Shown here piece after piece: positions 18,169 to 25,935 of a stretch of DNA of 39,567 bases. Origin of the DNA: a virus (taxonomy: Duplodnaviria; Caudoviricetes); the IMG/VR virus record IMGVR_UViG_3300049182_000081, positions 1 through 39,567 of that record; one strand, written 5' to 3'. Below the pieces are notes generated by a model. That model was not told the origin of the DNA, searched no databases, and was given only the letters and a program-made list of their open reading frames with translations. Position 1 is the stretch's first letter. Each line of letters starts with the position of its first letter. Both the position numbers and the translations under genes were made by a program.

Positions 18169-19797
18169 TCACTTCAAAGTTTCGTGGATAATTTTGGCTT
18201 TCTTCAATGCGGCCACCAAAATTTTCTCGATTATGCTCCCCGGTGGAACCAGAAAATCAGCTTGAACAGACCCAAGCTGTCCACCACGATCGAGGCGGTC
18301 GATGGCTTGCTGGTTGTCTCCTGGCGTCCATGAAGGCTCCACCAGAACGCACCGCTGACAGACTTTTTGCAAACCATCGACGCCTACCCCCATCGACTGA
18401 ATATTTCCCAGCATCACCCTCACGTTCGGATTGGCGATGAAGCTATCGACGCCTGCCTGACGAGCCTTCCCTGTCGTCGAACCGTCGATCCTTACCACCC
18501 CGTATCGCATAAGTTTTTGCTGTAGTATAGTCAAAACTTCAATGTGCCAGCCAAAGACTACGATTTTTTCCTCGCCGCCTTCCAGCAACGTGCGAACATA
18601 GTCGGCAGCTTGCGGCGCGGTGGCGACACCAAGTTCCCGCCGCAGGGTCGCAATGTGGCCGAGCATTTCGTAATCTGTGGTCGTCTGCACCGCATCAATG
18701 TCGATGCCAAGCAGGCTCTCGGCTTCGATCAGCCGGCGAATATCCTTGGTTTCCTCATACTGGATCACCTCGTAGCGCGGGAATTTCAACTGCGTCATCA
18801 CCTCGCGCTTGGCGTGGCGGGCCATGAACGTCCCGCGCATCCGGTTGCCGAGTTCGACCACGCGCCCGATGCGCTCCTGCTTGATGCGCTTGCCCCCGCG
18901 CATCACGATTTCCTTCTGGGGGTTATAGCGCACCCTGAACTTGTCGAGCGAGGCATAGTCGATCGCGTCCCATGCCAAGGCGCGGGTCGTGGTGTAGGCT
19001 TCGAGCGGACGGTTCACGATCGGCGTCCCTGAGAGGAACAGCACGTTGGCTGCGCGGCTGATGATAGCGGGAAGCGGGTCAAGTCCCTTCGGATGGTAGA
19101 GGCCGTCAGCCTGCCCGAGAATGGCGCGGGTCTGGAAGCTGTCAACGTCCTTGAGGTAGTGGCTCTCGTCCATGATCACGAGGTCGAAGTTCTGCTTGGC
19201 GATTGCTGCCACGATGCCCGGATTGCGGGCCAAGGCGTAGGACAGGATCACCCACTGCGCGTTCGGATGCACCCCGTTCTTGGCATTGAACACAGGGTAG
19301 ATCAGGCGCGGGGTTGGCATCGTTGACCACTCGTCAATCTTGCGCGCCCATTGGGTGCGGATCGCGGCGGGGCAAATCACCAGCACACGGCGAGCACCAA
19401 TCTCGTTGGCATAGACGATGGCCTGCGGGGTCTTGCCGAGGCCCGGCTCGTCCGCAATCAGCCCGTGGCCGGTGCCGCTCAAGAGATAGTCGAGCGAAGC
19501 TTTCTGGAAGCCCCAGAGTTCCTGATCAGCGGGCATCTTGAAATGCGAGCCAGAGGTCGGCGCACGGCTGGCAGCGATACGCTTGGCGATGGGTTCGATC
19601 TGCTTGAGCGCGGCGGGTGTGGCGTATTGCCCAAGGTCGGCCACGCCCCACGCTTCCTTGGTGTAGAGGATGGCTTCGGAAGGGGTCGAGGCGGGCGTGG
19701 AATAGTCGAGGCCGCGGTGGTTCATGAAGTCCCGCGGGTCGCCTTCGCCACGCGCTAGGCGCAGCACGAAATCCTTGCCGGTGTAGTCGAGGATCAT
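18169..19797 (-). CDS. SNF2-family SF2 helicase
   Basis: ADEPGLGKT, DESH, LSGTP, G.GVDGL, W.PG...QA.DR..R.GQ. Confidence 0.92.
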   Translation of the reverse strand: MILDYTGKDFVLRLARGEGDPRDFMNHRGLDYSTPASTPSEAILYTKEAWGVADLGQYATPAALKQIEPIAKRIAASRAPTSGSHFKMPADQELWGFQKASLDYLLSGTGHGLIADEPGLGKTPQAIVYANEIGARRVLVICPAAIRTQWARKIDEWSTMPTPRLIYPVFNAKNGVHPNAQWVILSYALARNPGIVAAIAKQNFDLVIMDESHYLKDVDSFQTRAILGQADGLYHPKGLDPLPAIISRAANVLFLSGTPIVNRPLEAYTTTRALAWDAIDYASLDKFRVRYNPQKEIVMRGGKRIKQERIGRVVELGNRMRGTFMARHAKREVMTQLKFPRYEVIQYEETKDIRRLIEAESLLGIDIDAVQTTTDYEMLGHIATLRRELGVATAPQAADYVRTLLEGGEEKIVVFGWHIEVLTILQQKLMRYGVVRIDGSTTGKARQAGVDSFIANPNVRVMLGNIQSMGVGVDGLQKVCQRCVLVEPSWTPGDNQQAIDRLDRGGQLGSVQADFLVPPGSIIEKILVAALKKAKIIHETLK

Positions 19798-20813
19798 CAG
19801 AACTTCTCCATCAGCGCGGCGAGGTCGAGAACGTCTAGGACTGCGCCGCAGAATTGGCTCGCGGTTTCCGCGTCGAGCGCGTTTCCGTAGGCGCGCAGCC
19901 GTCCCACTCGGGCGGGAGCCGCATCAACCAGCGGGAATGTGCCGGGTTCAACCGGCCTCCACTTTCCATCGCGGCAGTAGAGCCAGTCAGCAGGGTTCCG
20001 TCCGAGCATAGGCGCATTGGGCCTACCCATGTCGCGGTCGTCTGCAAATCCTGCCCGCCCTGACCGTGTATCCCTGGCGAGTTGGCATTTTGAACTTTCG
20101 GAGTCGGCCAGCCCGCTATCTTGGCAAAGTCCCGAAGATCGTTGCTGTGCGGCCCCTTCACCCTTGCCAGAGCCTTCTCGGGGTCGGAGTATTCCCCGCC
20201 GGCCGCTTCCTTGCTCGTCGGCGTCGGCCAGCCCGCCAGTTCCGCCGCATTCGGCAGTTCGCTGTTCTTGTGCGCCGCTGCTCCCGCTCGCCCGCGCCCA
20301 TCCGAGTGCAGCGGAGTCGGCCACCCCTGCAAAATAAAGTCGCTGGCGGATGTGCGCGCCGCCGAAGCCCGCAGCGCACAGATCGCTCGCCCCGAAGGCG
20401 TAACCCGCGCTTTCCATGTCAGCCGATACAAGATCGAGCCAATCGAGCGCGCTTGCAACCTGCTCTCCAAGAACGATTGGAGGGTTGCACTGTCCAATAA
20501 GCCCGAACCAGACCGGCCAGAGGTGTCGTTCATCGTCAAATCCCTTCTGCTTTCCTGCGGCGCTGAACGGCTGGCACGGGCACGAACCCGTCCACACCGG
20601 CGTATCGTCGGGCCATCCTGCGCGCCGCAGCGCATGGCTCCAAACCCCGATCCCCGCGAAGAAATGGCATTGCGTGTAGCCCTTGAGGTCGTCGGCGCTG
20701 ATCTCGCTGATCGAACGCTCGTCCACATCGCCTGGCGCGATATGGCCCGCGGCGATCAGGTTTCGCAGCCATCGTGCGGCGTAGGGGTCAATCTCGTTGT
20801 AATAGGCGACCAT
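19797..20813 (-). CDS. C5-cytosine DNA methyltransferase, main (alpha) frame
   Basis: FFAGIG (I), GSCPCQPFS (IV), GEQV (VI), H.RQR (VIII), LRAYGNA (X); motif IX not seen in this frame. Confidence 0.88.
   Translation of the reverse strand: MVAYYNEIDPYAARWLRNLIAAGHIAPGDVDERSISEISADDLKGYTQCHFFAGIGVWSHALRRAGWPDDTPVWTGSCPCQPFSAAGKQKGFDDERHLWPVWFGLIGQCNPPIVLGEQVASALDWLDLVSADMESAGYAFGASDLCAAGFGGAHIRQRLYFAGVADSAALGWARASGSSGAQEQRTAECGGTGGLADADEQGSGRRGILRPREGSGKGEGAAQQRSSGLCQDSGLADSESSKCQLARDTRSGRAGFADDRDMGRPNAPMLGRNPADWLYCRDGKWRPVEPGTFPLVDAAPARVGRLRAYGNALDAETASQFCGAVLDVLDLAALMEKF
19835..20533 (-). CDS. Overprinted beta-subunit-like ORF of the methyltransferase (TRD-like GWPTP repeats plus motif IX-like)
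   Basis: 232 aa from MNDTSGRS, GAAGGGA RBS; three GWPTP units; RLNPAHSRWLMRLPPEW. Confidence 0.7.
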   Translation of the reverse strand: MNDTSGRSGSGLLDSATLQSFLESRLQARSIGSILYRLTWKARVTPSGRAICALRASAARTSASDFILQGWPTPLHSDGRGRAGAAAHKNSELPNAAELAGWPTPTSKEAAGGEYSDPEKALARVKGPHSNDLRDFAKIAGWPTPKVQNANSPGIHGQGGQDLQTTATWVGPMRLCSDGTLLTGSTAAMESGGRLNPAHSRWLMRLPPEWDGCAPTETRSTRKPRANSAAQS

Positions 20814-22780
20814 CAGAAAATACTCACATCAACTTCGGGCGGTTGCTCGACGGTCGGGATTGACCAAATATTCTCGGTCAGCAGCCAAGCCTTGTATCGG
20901 CCCTGCGCCATCTTCTTGAGCCGCTTCAACACCAACCCGCGCCCAACCTGCCAGTGCAGTGCCAAACTATCGGCCAAGTGCTCGGTCGAGAGCGGGCCTT
21001 GCCGCAGCACTCCGACCAACGCCTCGGGCTGGCACCATTCTTCCGATCCGGCGCCCGCCAACTTCTGCTTGCCGCCTTCGCCGTCCGAAACGAACTTGGC
21101 TTCCCAATCCCGCTCGAACGCGATGCTGTCCCCGTAAACCGCGCCCATGAACCGCTTCGGCTCGCCGGGGTCGCTTTCCTTCTGCTTGCGGGTTTCGAGC
21201 AGCACTGCGGTTGTCGTCGGGCTTTCGCGGCTGATCTCGACCACGGTGTCGGCATTGGAATACCAGACGTAGGAGCCGACCATGCCCTTCGTCGGGTCTT
21301 TGCCGGTGTGATGAACCAGAAGGACGCAGCACTGCAATTCCTTGGCCATACGCTCCACGCGGCCAAAGGCGGCGCTCGACCCTTGCTGGTTCGAGATATC
21401 CTCGCCTTCCATCAGGCGCGAGAGGGTGTCGATGACCAAGAGCGCGGGCCGGTCGTGGCCAGCCTTGCGCAGCTTGTGCTTGATGCGCTTGGTCACGAAC
21501 CGCCAAATGTCATGCAATTGCGTCGGCGGCACCTTGTCCACAAACAGCAGGCGGTTCTTGGCTTCAAGGCCGGGGATCAGGTGCCGGTGCAGCCAGCTAT
21601 CAATCCGCTGGCCAGCAAACGCGTGAGGGCTTTCACCGGCGAAATAGACCACAGGCATCGGGTCGCGGTCGCCGTCCTGCCACCAGTTCGGCCCGTGCCC
21701 CGTGGCGATGCTCATGGCGAGGTCGAGCGCGATGAAGGTCTTGAACGTCCCCGAAGGCCCGTAGAGGTAGCCCACGCCCACCTTGGGCAGATAGTTGGGC
21801 AGCAGCCACTCAAGCGGCTGGAGATCGCGCCGAACTTCGCTGATCCACTTGGGGTCGAACGCCTCATACTTTTCGAGATCAGGGTCGAAATCATCGGGTT
21901 CGTTTCCCACCGCGTCCAGAAGGTGCTGGTGCTGCACTTCCAGCGGCGGTTCGGCCTTGTTGCCGCGCGTCTCTTGGCCGTGCTCCCACGCATTGCGCAC
22001 GATGGTTTCCAAGTCCTTCGGCTCCCACGGCGGGACGCAGAACGGGTTCCAGTCACGCAGCAGGAGCAGGTGAGCCGTGTCAGGCTTCACGCCCATTTCA
22101 AGCAGGCGGCAAGCAGTCTGGTAGGTGCGAGTGTTCCCGCCGCAGCCTTCAACCGCCACCTCGCCAACGCCAACCAGACCTTCAAGCCATGCCTCGGCGC
22201 GGGTCAATGTCTCGGGCGCGTCCCACAGGATACTATCGGCTGGCAGATCGGGCGCAGCTTGCGGTGCGTCCTCAACGCTCATGCGCTGCGCGATCAGCGT
22301 GGGCAGGGCTTGCACCGGCTTGTCAGCGGCCAAGGTGTAGGAGCCTTGCGCTTTGCTGTCAGAGACACGCGAGGGCGGGGCGAGGACATACCCGCCGGCG
22401 GCGCGGGTATCTACATTCGGCAGCAGCTTGCTGGCCGAGGACTTGCCTTCGCCCATGAAATAGTAGTGCCAACCCCCTCGGGGCGTTTGAACGGCGTAGG
22501 TGTCTTGCAGCGCCATTGCGAGGGCGGCATCGCTGGCGACCATCTTGGCCCACTCGGCTTCTGCACCGGGGTCAATGTCAACCACGAACAGCCCGCTCGG
22601 GCCGGTGGCGATCGCCACGTTGTAGTTCGGGTTCGCCAGCCACCAAGCGCGGATGCGGTCGGGATCGGTCGTCGCATCGTGCCAGCCGTGCCGCGTGGCC
22701 GGTGTTTTCAGCCCCGCCAAGCAGGGGAAAACGTGCCACCCCCGCTCGGCATAGGACAGGGCTGAATTGAGCATTGTCAT
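20813..22780 (-). CDS. Bifunctional primase-polymerase fused to AAA_25/RepA-like helicase
   Basis: K.P...HG..DAT, N.AI.TG.SG..VVDID, TP.GG.H.Y, D.R..GGYV.APPS; GPSGTFKT, IDTL, VHHTGKD. Confidence 0.92.
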   Translation of the reverse strand: MTMLNSALSYAERGWHVFPCLAGLKTPATRHGWHDATTDPDRIRAWWLANPNYNVAIATGPSGLFVVDIDPGAEAEWAKMVASDAALAMALQDTYAVQTPRGGWHYYFMGEGKSSASKLLPNVDTRAAGGYVLAPPSRVSDSKAQGSYTLAADKPVQALPTLIAQRMSVEDAPQAAPDLPADSILWDAPETLTRAEAWLEGLVGVGEVAVEGCGGNTRTYQTACRLLEMGVKPDTAHLLLLRDWNPFCVPPWEPKDLETIVRNAWEHGQETRGNKAEPPLEVQHQHLLDAVGNEPDDFDPDLEKYEAFDPKWISEVRRDLQPLEWLLPNYLPKVGVGYLYGPSGTFKTFIALDLAMSIATGHGPNWWQDGDRDPMPVVYFAGESPHAFAGQRIDSWLHRHLIPGLEAKNRLLFVDKVPPTQLHDIWRFVTKRIKHKLRKAGHDRPALLVIDTLSRLMEGEDISNQQGSSAAFGRVERMAKELQCCVLLVHHTGKDPTKGMVGSYVWYSNADTVVEISRESPTTTAVLLETRKQKESDPGEPKRFMGAVYGDSIAFERDWEAKFVSDGEGGKQKLAGAGSEEWCQPEALVGVLRQGPLSTEHLADSLALHWQVGRGLVLKRLKKMAQGRYKAWLLTENIWSIPTVEQPPEVDVSIF

Positions 22781-22806
22781 TGTGTTCCCTTCCCGTTGCC
22801 AGTCAC

Positions 22807-22856
22807 GCGCCAGCCACCCGTGTCATCTGGGAAGGGCGGCAGGGGGTGGCTGGCGC
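22807..22856. repeat. Perfect 13-bp inverted repeat with 24-nt spacer, upstream of the primase gene
   Basis: GCGCCAGCCACCC (22807-22819) / GGGTGGCTGGCGC (22844-22856). Confidence 0.8.
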
Positions 22857-22897
22857 TAACGCTGGTAGCTACTCCGGCGCTGGACAGTTGATAGCGG

Positions 22898-23212
22898 TCA
22901 GAAGATACTGGTGTCAACCTTGTTCGGGTTCTTCCAGAGGATCAGCGGGTTTCCCATGAACCGCTTGGTCGGGTCTTGCTCCCAGCAGCCCACCGGCACT
23001 CCGCCTTCCTTGCGGATGCGCCAGAGCGCCTGCACCGCGGCCTTGGAGCCTTCCACGCCGCTCTGTTGCAGCAAGTCACGGGTCGAGAGCCGGCTGTCCT
23101 GCGGCAAGGCTTCGCAGAAGGTCTGGAGCCACTCGCACACAGTCTCCCAGGCTTTGGAGCCGCTGCCATTGAAACCGATCGAGACGAAATCCTGGTTAGT
23201 CGGGGGTGTCAC
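22898..23212 (-). CDS. Hypothetical protein, possibly winged-helix, ending VDTSIF
   Basis: GTG start with GAAGGA RBS; LSTRDLL...AAVQALWRIRKEG. Confidence 0.65.
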   Translation of the reverse strand: MTPPTNQDFVSIGFNGSGSKAWETVCEWLQTFCEALPQDSRLSTRDLLQQSGVEGSKAAVQALWRIRKEGGVPVGCWEQDPTKRFMGNPLILWKNPNKVDTSIF

Positions 23213-23352
23213 TTGGTCAATTCCTTCTGATAGAGGTAGGGGTGGCGTTCCCGCGTGATGCGCCATGCGCGTTCGTCGGCCTTGGACATGGGCTGCAACC
23301 CGCGCCAGTCACGCGAAGGCTTGGCCGTGTGGAAGATGTTGAGGCGGGTCAT
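23209..23352 (-). CDS. Hypothetical protein (47 aa, MTRLNIFHTAK...)
   Basis: 4-nt overlaps with both neighbours. Confidence 0.6.
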   Translation of the reverse strand: MTRLNIFHTAKPSRDWRGLQPMSKADERAWRITRERHPYLYQKELTK

Positions 23353-23537
23353 TGCTTGGTTTCCCCATCGTGCAAACCGAGGGCGACATTAAGTGCGTCA
23401 TTGTCGCTAAGGTTGGCCGGGTTGATGCAAGGCTCGTGCATCCGGCCTAGCGGAATGTCCTGCATTCCGCATTTTGTGCAGGTGCCGATGAACGGGTCGC
23501 CTTTGGGGCTTGTGCGAGTAAGTGAATGTCCCATCAC
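23349..23537 (-). CDS. Small Cys/His protein (CxxC)
   Basis: 62 aa; GAAGGA RBS; overlaps both neighbours. Confidence 0.7.
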   Translation of the reverse strand: MMGHSLTRTSPKGDPFIGTCTKCGMQDIPLGRMHEPCINPANLSDNDALNVALGLHDGETKQ

Positions 23538-23683
23538 TCTTCCTTCCCCGCCTGCGCGGCGGTGTGTTCGGTCTGTTCTGCGAGGGCGCGAAGGGCTTCT
23601 TCGATTGGTTCATGCGCACCACACGGCAAATCTTCGTCAAGAAGCAGCGCCTCTAATCGCCGCAGCAATTCCTCACGCTTCAT
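23534..23683 (-). CDS. Array cassette D (49 aa, MKREELLRRLEALL...RALAEQTEHTAAQAGKEE)
   Basis: Starts within the repeat (AAGGAG RBS) and ends after a half repeat. Confidence 0.75.
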   Translation of the reverse strand: MKREELLRRLEALLLDEDLPCGAHEPIEEALRALAEQTEHTAAQAGKEE

Positions 23684-23888
23684 CGCTATTCTCCTTGTGT
23701 TCGGTCTGTTCTGCGAGGGGGCAAGACACTCGAAACTTTGCCCAGCGGTTTTCTGCCATCCATCCCCGCCCAAACAGATCGCGGTAATAATAGACCATTC
23801 TGCCGCTCACTACGTCGCGGAACGCTTCCCCGATAAGTGACATGGGCCTGCCGCCAGTGATCAGAGCCAGCAATTCCTCACGCTTCAT
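23673..23888 (-). CDS. Array cassette C (71 aa, MKREELLALITGG...PLAEQTEHKENSDEA)
   Basis: Begins and ends inside repeats. Confidence 0.75.
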   Translation of the reverse strand: MKREELLALITGGRPMSLIGEAFRDVVSGRMVYYYRDLFGRGWMAENRWAKFRVSCPLAEQTEHKENSDEA

Positions 23889-24216
23889 CGCTATTCCCTT
23901 TGTGTTCGGTCTGTTCTGCGAGGGCGCGGAGGGCGGCGGCTGTCAGGGCGAGCGCGGGGGTGGCACCAACACGAAAGCGTCCGCAATAATCGACAAATGC
24001 CATCGGCCCCGGCCCGCCGCTTGATTGCAACGTCCAATCACGCCCCTCCGGCACCAGCGACATGGCTGCGTCGAGTGAGGCGGTGTAGCGCCGAGGCTGC
24101 CCCTCTCCTGTCCAATGCGGTGTTCGGACATATTCCACGGCGCAGTTGACTCCGTGATCTTCGCCCGTCAGCGCCTCAACTCGATCCGCCAGCGCCAGCA
24201 ATTCCTCACGCTTCAT
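23878..24216 (-). CDS. Array cassette B (112 aa), resembles phage ABA-sandwich domain proteins
   Basis: YTASLDAAMSLVPEG..W...ATPALAL.AAALRA pattern; begins and ends inside repeats. Confidence 0.75.
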   Translation of the reverse strand: MKREELLALADRVEALTGEDHGVNCAVEYVRTPHWTGEGQPRRYTASLDAAMSLVPEGRDWTLQSSGGPGPMAFVDYCGRFRVGATPALALTAAALRALAEQTEHKGNSDEA

Positions 24217-24421
24217 CGCTATTCCCTTTGTGTTCGGTCTGTTCTGCGAGGGCGCGGCCAGTGTTGAAGCAAAGCCCGTTGCGTCTGCGCCGGTCTGCCA
24301 ATTCAACCAGCGCATCGTGGCATTCTTGGCACAGATCGCTTTCCTCCATGACCGGCGCGTATTTGCGACAATCGGAGCAGCGAACACCGAACCACCCTGA
24401 CCGCAATTCCTCACGCTTCAT
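24206..24421 (-). CDS. Array cassette A (71 aa, CxxC...CxxC zinc-ribbon)
   Basis: MKREELRSGWFGVRCSDC...LCQECH...RALAEQTEHKGNSDEA. Confidence 0.75.
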   Translation of the reverse strand: MKREELRSGWFGVRCSDCRKYAPVMEESDLCQECHDALVELADRRRRNGLCFNTGRALAEQTEHKGNSDEA

Positions 24422-24755
24422 CGCTATTCTCCTTGTGCTTGGCGAGGTGCGCCGTGATGGTGGTGAGGGCTGCGGTCGTCTTGAGGAACAGGTTCGGCAA
24501 GCAATCCTGTTCCGCCCTTGCCTGCGCCCACTCCAAAGCCTCCCGCGCCGCATCCAACGCCGCCAGCAGCGCGGCATTTTCCGCAATCAGCGGGGCGGTG
24601 GCACGGGTGTTCCAGAGTTGAGTGTTGACGAAGCCTTCCTGCCGGATAGGGCAGACGGATTTGTTGTCGCGGTGACGGGCAAAATCGCCGCTCCATTCCA
24701 TCCGATCCCCACAGAACGGACACGGCAAAAGCTGCGTAATCTCCACCCCGCTCAT
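24411..24755 (-). CDS. Lar-like (restriction alleviation-type) zinc-finger protein
   Basis: LLPCPFCG...H.....C......WNTR; ends HKENSDEA in the partial repeat. Confidence 0.6.
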   Translation of the reverse strand: MSGVEITQLLPCPFCGDRMEWSGDFARHRDNKSVCPIRQEGFVNTQLWNTRATAPLIAENAALLAALDAAREALEWAQARAEQDCLPNLFLKTTAALTTITAHLAKHKENSDEA

Positions 24756-25237
24756 ACGTCACCGCCTTGCTGATAGGCGCGGATGCGGTCTGCAAGGTCT
24801 TTCATGGAACCCCACGCTGCGTCCATTTCGTAAGATGCATCCATCATCTTTTCCAATTCCTCCTCACTCGGCCATCGCGGTTCCGGCCTAACGCGGGAAA
24901 GGGTCTCGCGGATGGCGTATTCCGCGCCCTTGAACGTCATGGTGGGGCCGTAGCTGTAGAGATGTTCGATCTCGGTTTTTGCCGCACACTCCCGCGCCAA
25001 CGCCTCAATCTCCGCCTCGGTCATGGCAGTGACAGGGAAGTGTGGGGCGGCGGCGAAAGCATCTGCGTTATAAACAACAAAATCGGCCAGCTTCACCATG
25101 TCAGGCGCGTATCTTCCCTTAGCTGTCTCTAAGAGCAGGTGAAACTTTCCCCAATCCGGCTCCGTCTTGCGCTTCGCCAGTTCGGCCTCGGCTTCCTTGC
25201 CCGCTGCAATAACGGCTTCAAGTTCTTCGTTGGTCAT
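24752..25237 (-). CDS. Hypothetical protein (161 aa, MTNEELEAV...)
   Basis: GGAGA RBS; ATGA overlaps. Confidence 0.7.
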   Translation of the reverse strand: MTNEELEAVIAAGKEAEAELAKRKTEPDWGKFHLLLETAKGRYAPDMVKLADFVVYNADAFAAAPHFPVTAMTEAEIEALARECAAKTEIEHLYSYGPTMTFKGAEYAIRETLSRVRPEPRWPSEEELEKMMDASYEMDAAWGSMKDLADRIRAYQQGGDV

Positions 25238-25524
25238 GGCTGTTCTCCGTCGATACGGGCGAGAAGGGCGCGGGCGCGTTCGTGGCGTTCGGCAGTTCGG
25301 TCGCATCGGGTTTCAACCCATTTCTGCGTGACATAAGGCAGGCACTCCCGCAGCGCCTCGACCAGTTCCGGCAGCAGCGAGATGGCGAGCGCGTTGGCTT
25401 CTCGCTCTGATCGATTCATGAAACGCTCAGTTGCAATCGCAACTTCGCCTTCACCTTTCCGGCCTGCTATGCGTGTTCCATTCGATACGAGCCGCCACGG
25501 CCCCGGCGTGTATTTCGCCATCAC
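25234..25524 (-). CDS. Hypothetical protein of the (H/Y)TPGPW phage type
   Basis: KYTPGPW...ANA..I...PELVEAL. Confidence 0.75.
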   Translation of the reverse strand: MMAKYTPGPWRLVSNGTRIAGRKGEGEVAIATERFMNRSEREANALAISLLPELVEALRECLPYVTQKWVETRCDRTAERHERARALLARIDGEQP

Positions 25525-25634
25525 ATAACTCCCTTAAATCCCGCCCACAGCCCGCCATGCTTGGCGATCTGGGCGATTGCGTTGATGAAACTGGCCGCGA
25601 CAAGGGCTGCGATGATAAGGTGCCAGCGGGTCAC
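25521..25634 (-). CDS. Small membrane peptide (37 aa)
   Basis: GTG start with GGGAG RBS; one hydrophobic helix. Confidence 0.5.
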   Translation of the reverse strand: MTRWHLIIAALVAASFINAIAQIAKHGGLWAGFKGVM

Positions 25635-25801
25635 AGAACGACACTCCCAATCTGATAGACAACGGCCATGCCGCGCACCTCGTTTGCCGCGATCAGCCCT
25701 CACACGGCATAGCGCCAGCGCGGGTTAAGACCCAGCCGCTCGATCACCAGGTTCAGCCCCAGCGAAAGCACCGTGTGCGCAATTCGCGTTGCCTTCGTCA
25801 T
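25631..25801 (-). pseudogene. 57-codon frame interrupted by an in-frame TGA (25700-25702)
   Basis: MTKATRIAH...RWRYAV*GLIAANEVRGMAVVYQIGSVVL*; both ends overlap neighbours by 4 nt. Confidence 0.5.
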
Positions 25802-25935
25802 GCCGTGCGCTCCCTGATCTCTGCCGCCTGTTCCTGATATTCGGACAGGTCAAACAGGTGTTGCACCTCGAACGGGATACCGTCCGCTTCTGCCAGCCAC
25901 GCGGCCATGCCCAGTCGTTGTTCAGGCGTTGCCAT
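25798..25935 (-). CDS. Hypothetical protein (45 aa, MATPEQRLG...)
   Basis: TAATG and ATGA overlaps with neighbours. Confidence 0.55.
   Translation of the reverse strand: MATPEQRLGMAAWLAEADGIPFEVQHLFDLSEYQEQAAEIRERTA

Larger units (their letters stand above)
23563..24437 (-). repeat. Direct-repeat array: three full ~60-bp copies (23663-23722, 23866-23929, 24194-24257) and two complementary partial copies (23563-23590, 24403-24437)
   Basis: Minus-strand consensus GCGCCCTCGCAGAACAGACCGAACACAA(GGAG/AGGG)AATAGCGATGAAGCGTGAGGAATTGCTG. Confidence 0.95.

Noticed and set aside
23563-24437. CRISPR array
   Set aside because: Repeats are ~60 bp and non-palindromic; the intervening sequences are 72-264 nt, unequal and protein-coding; no cas operon
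23563-24437. Diversity-generating retroelement TR/VR pair or classical integron
   Set aside because: No reverse transcriptase or tyrosine integrase in the window, no adenine-specific divergence pattern, no attC-like palindrome
9198-25702. Genome-wide stop-codon reassignment suggested by the in-frame TAG (9198) and TGA (25700)
   Set aside because: TAG ends the capsid and pilot genes and TGA ends many coupled genes; the core genes are intact in code 11
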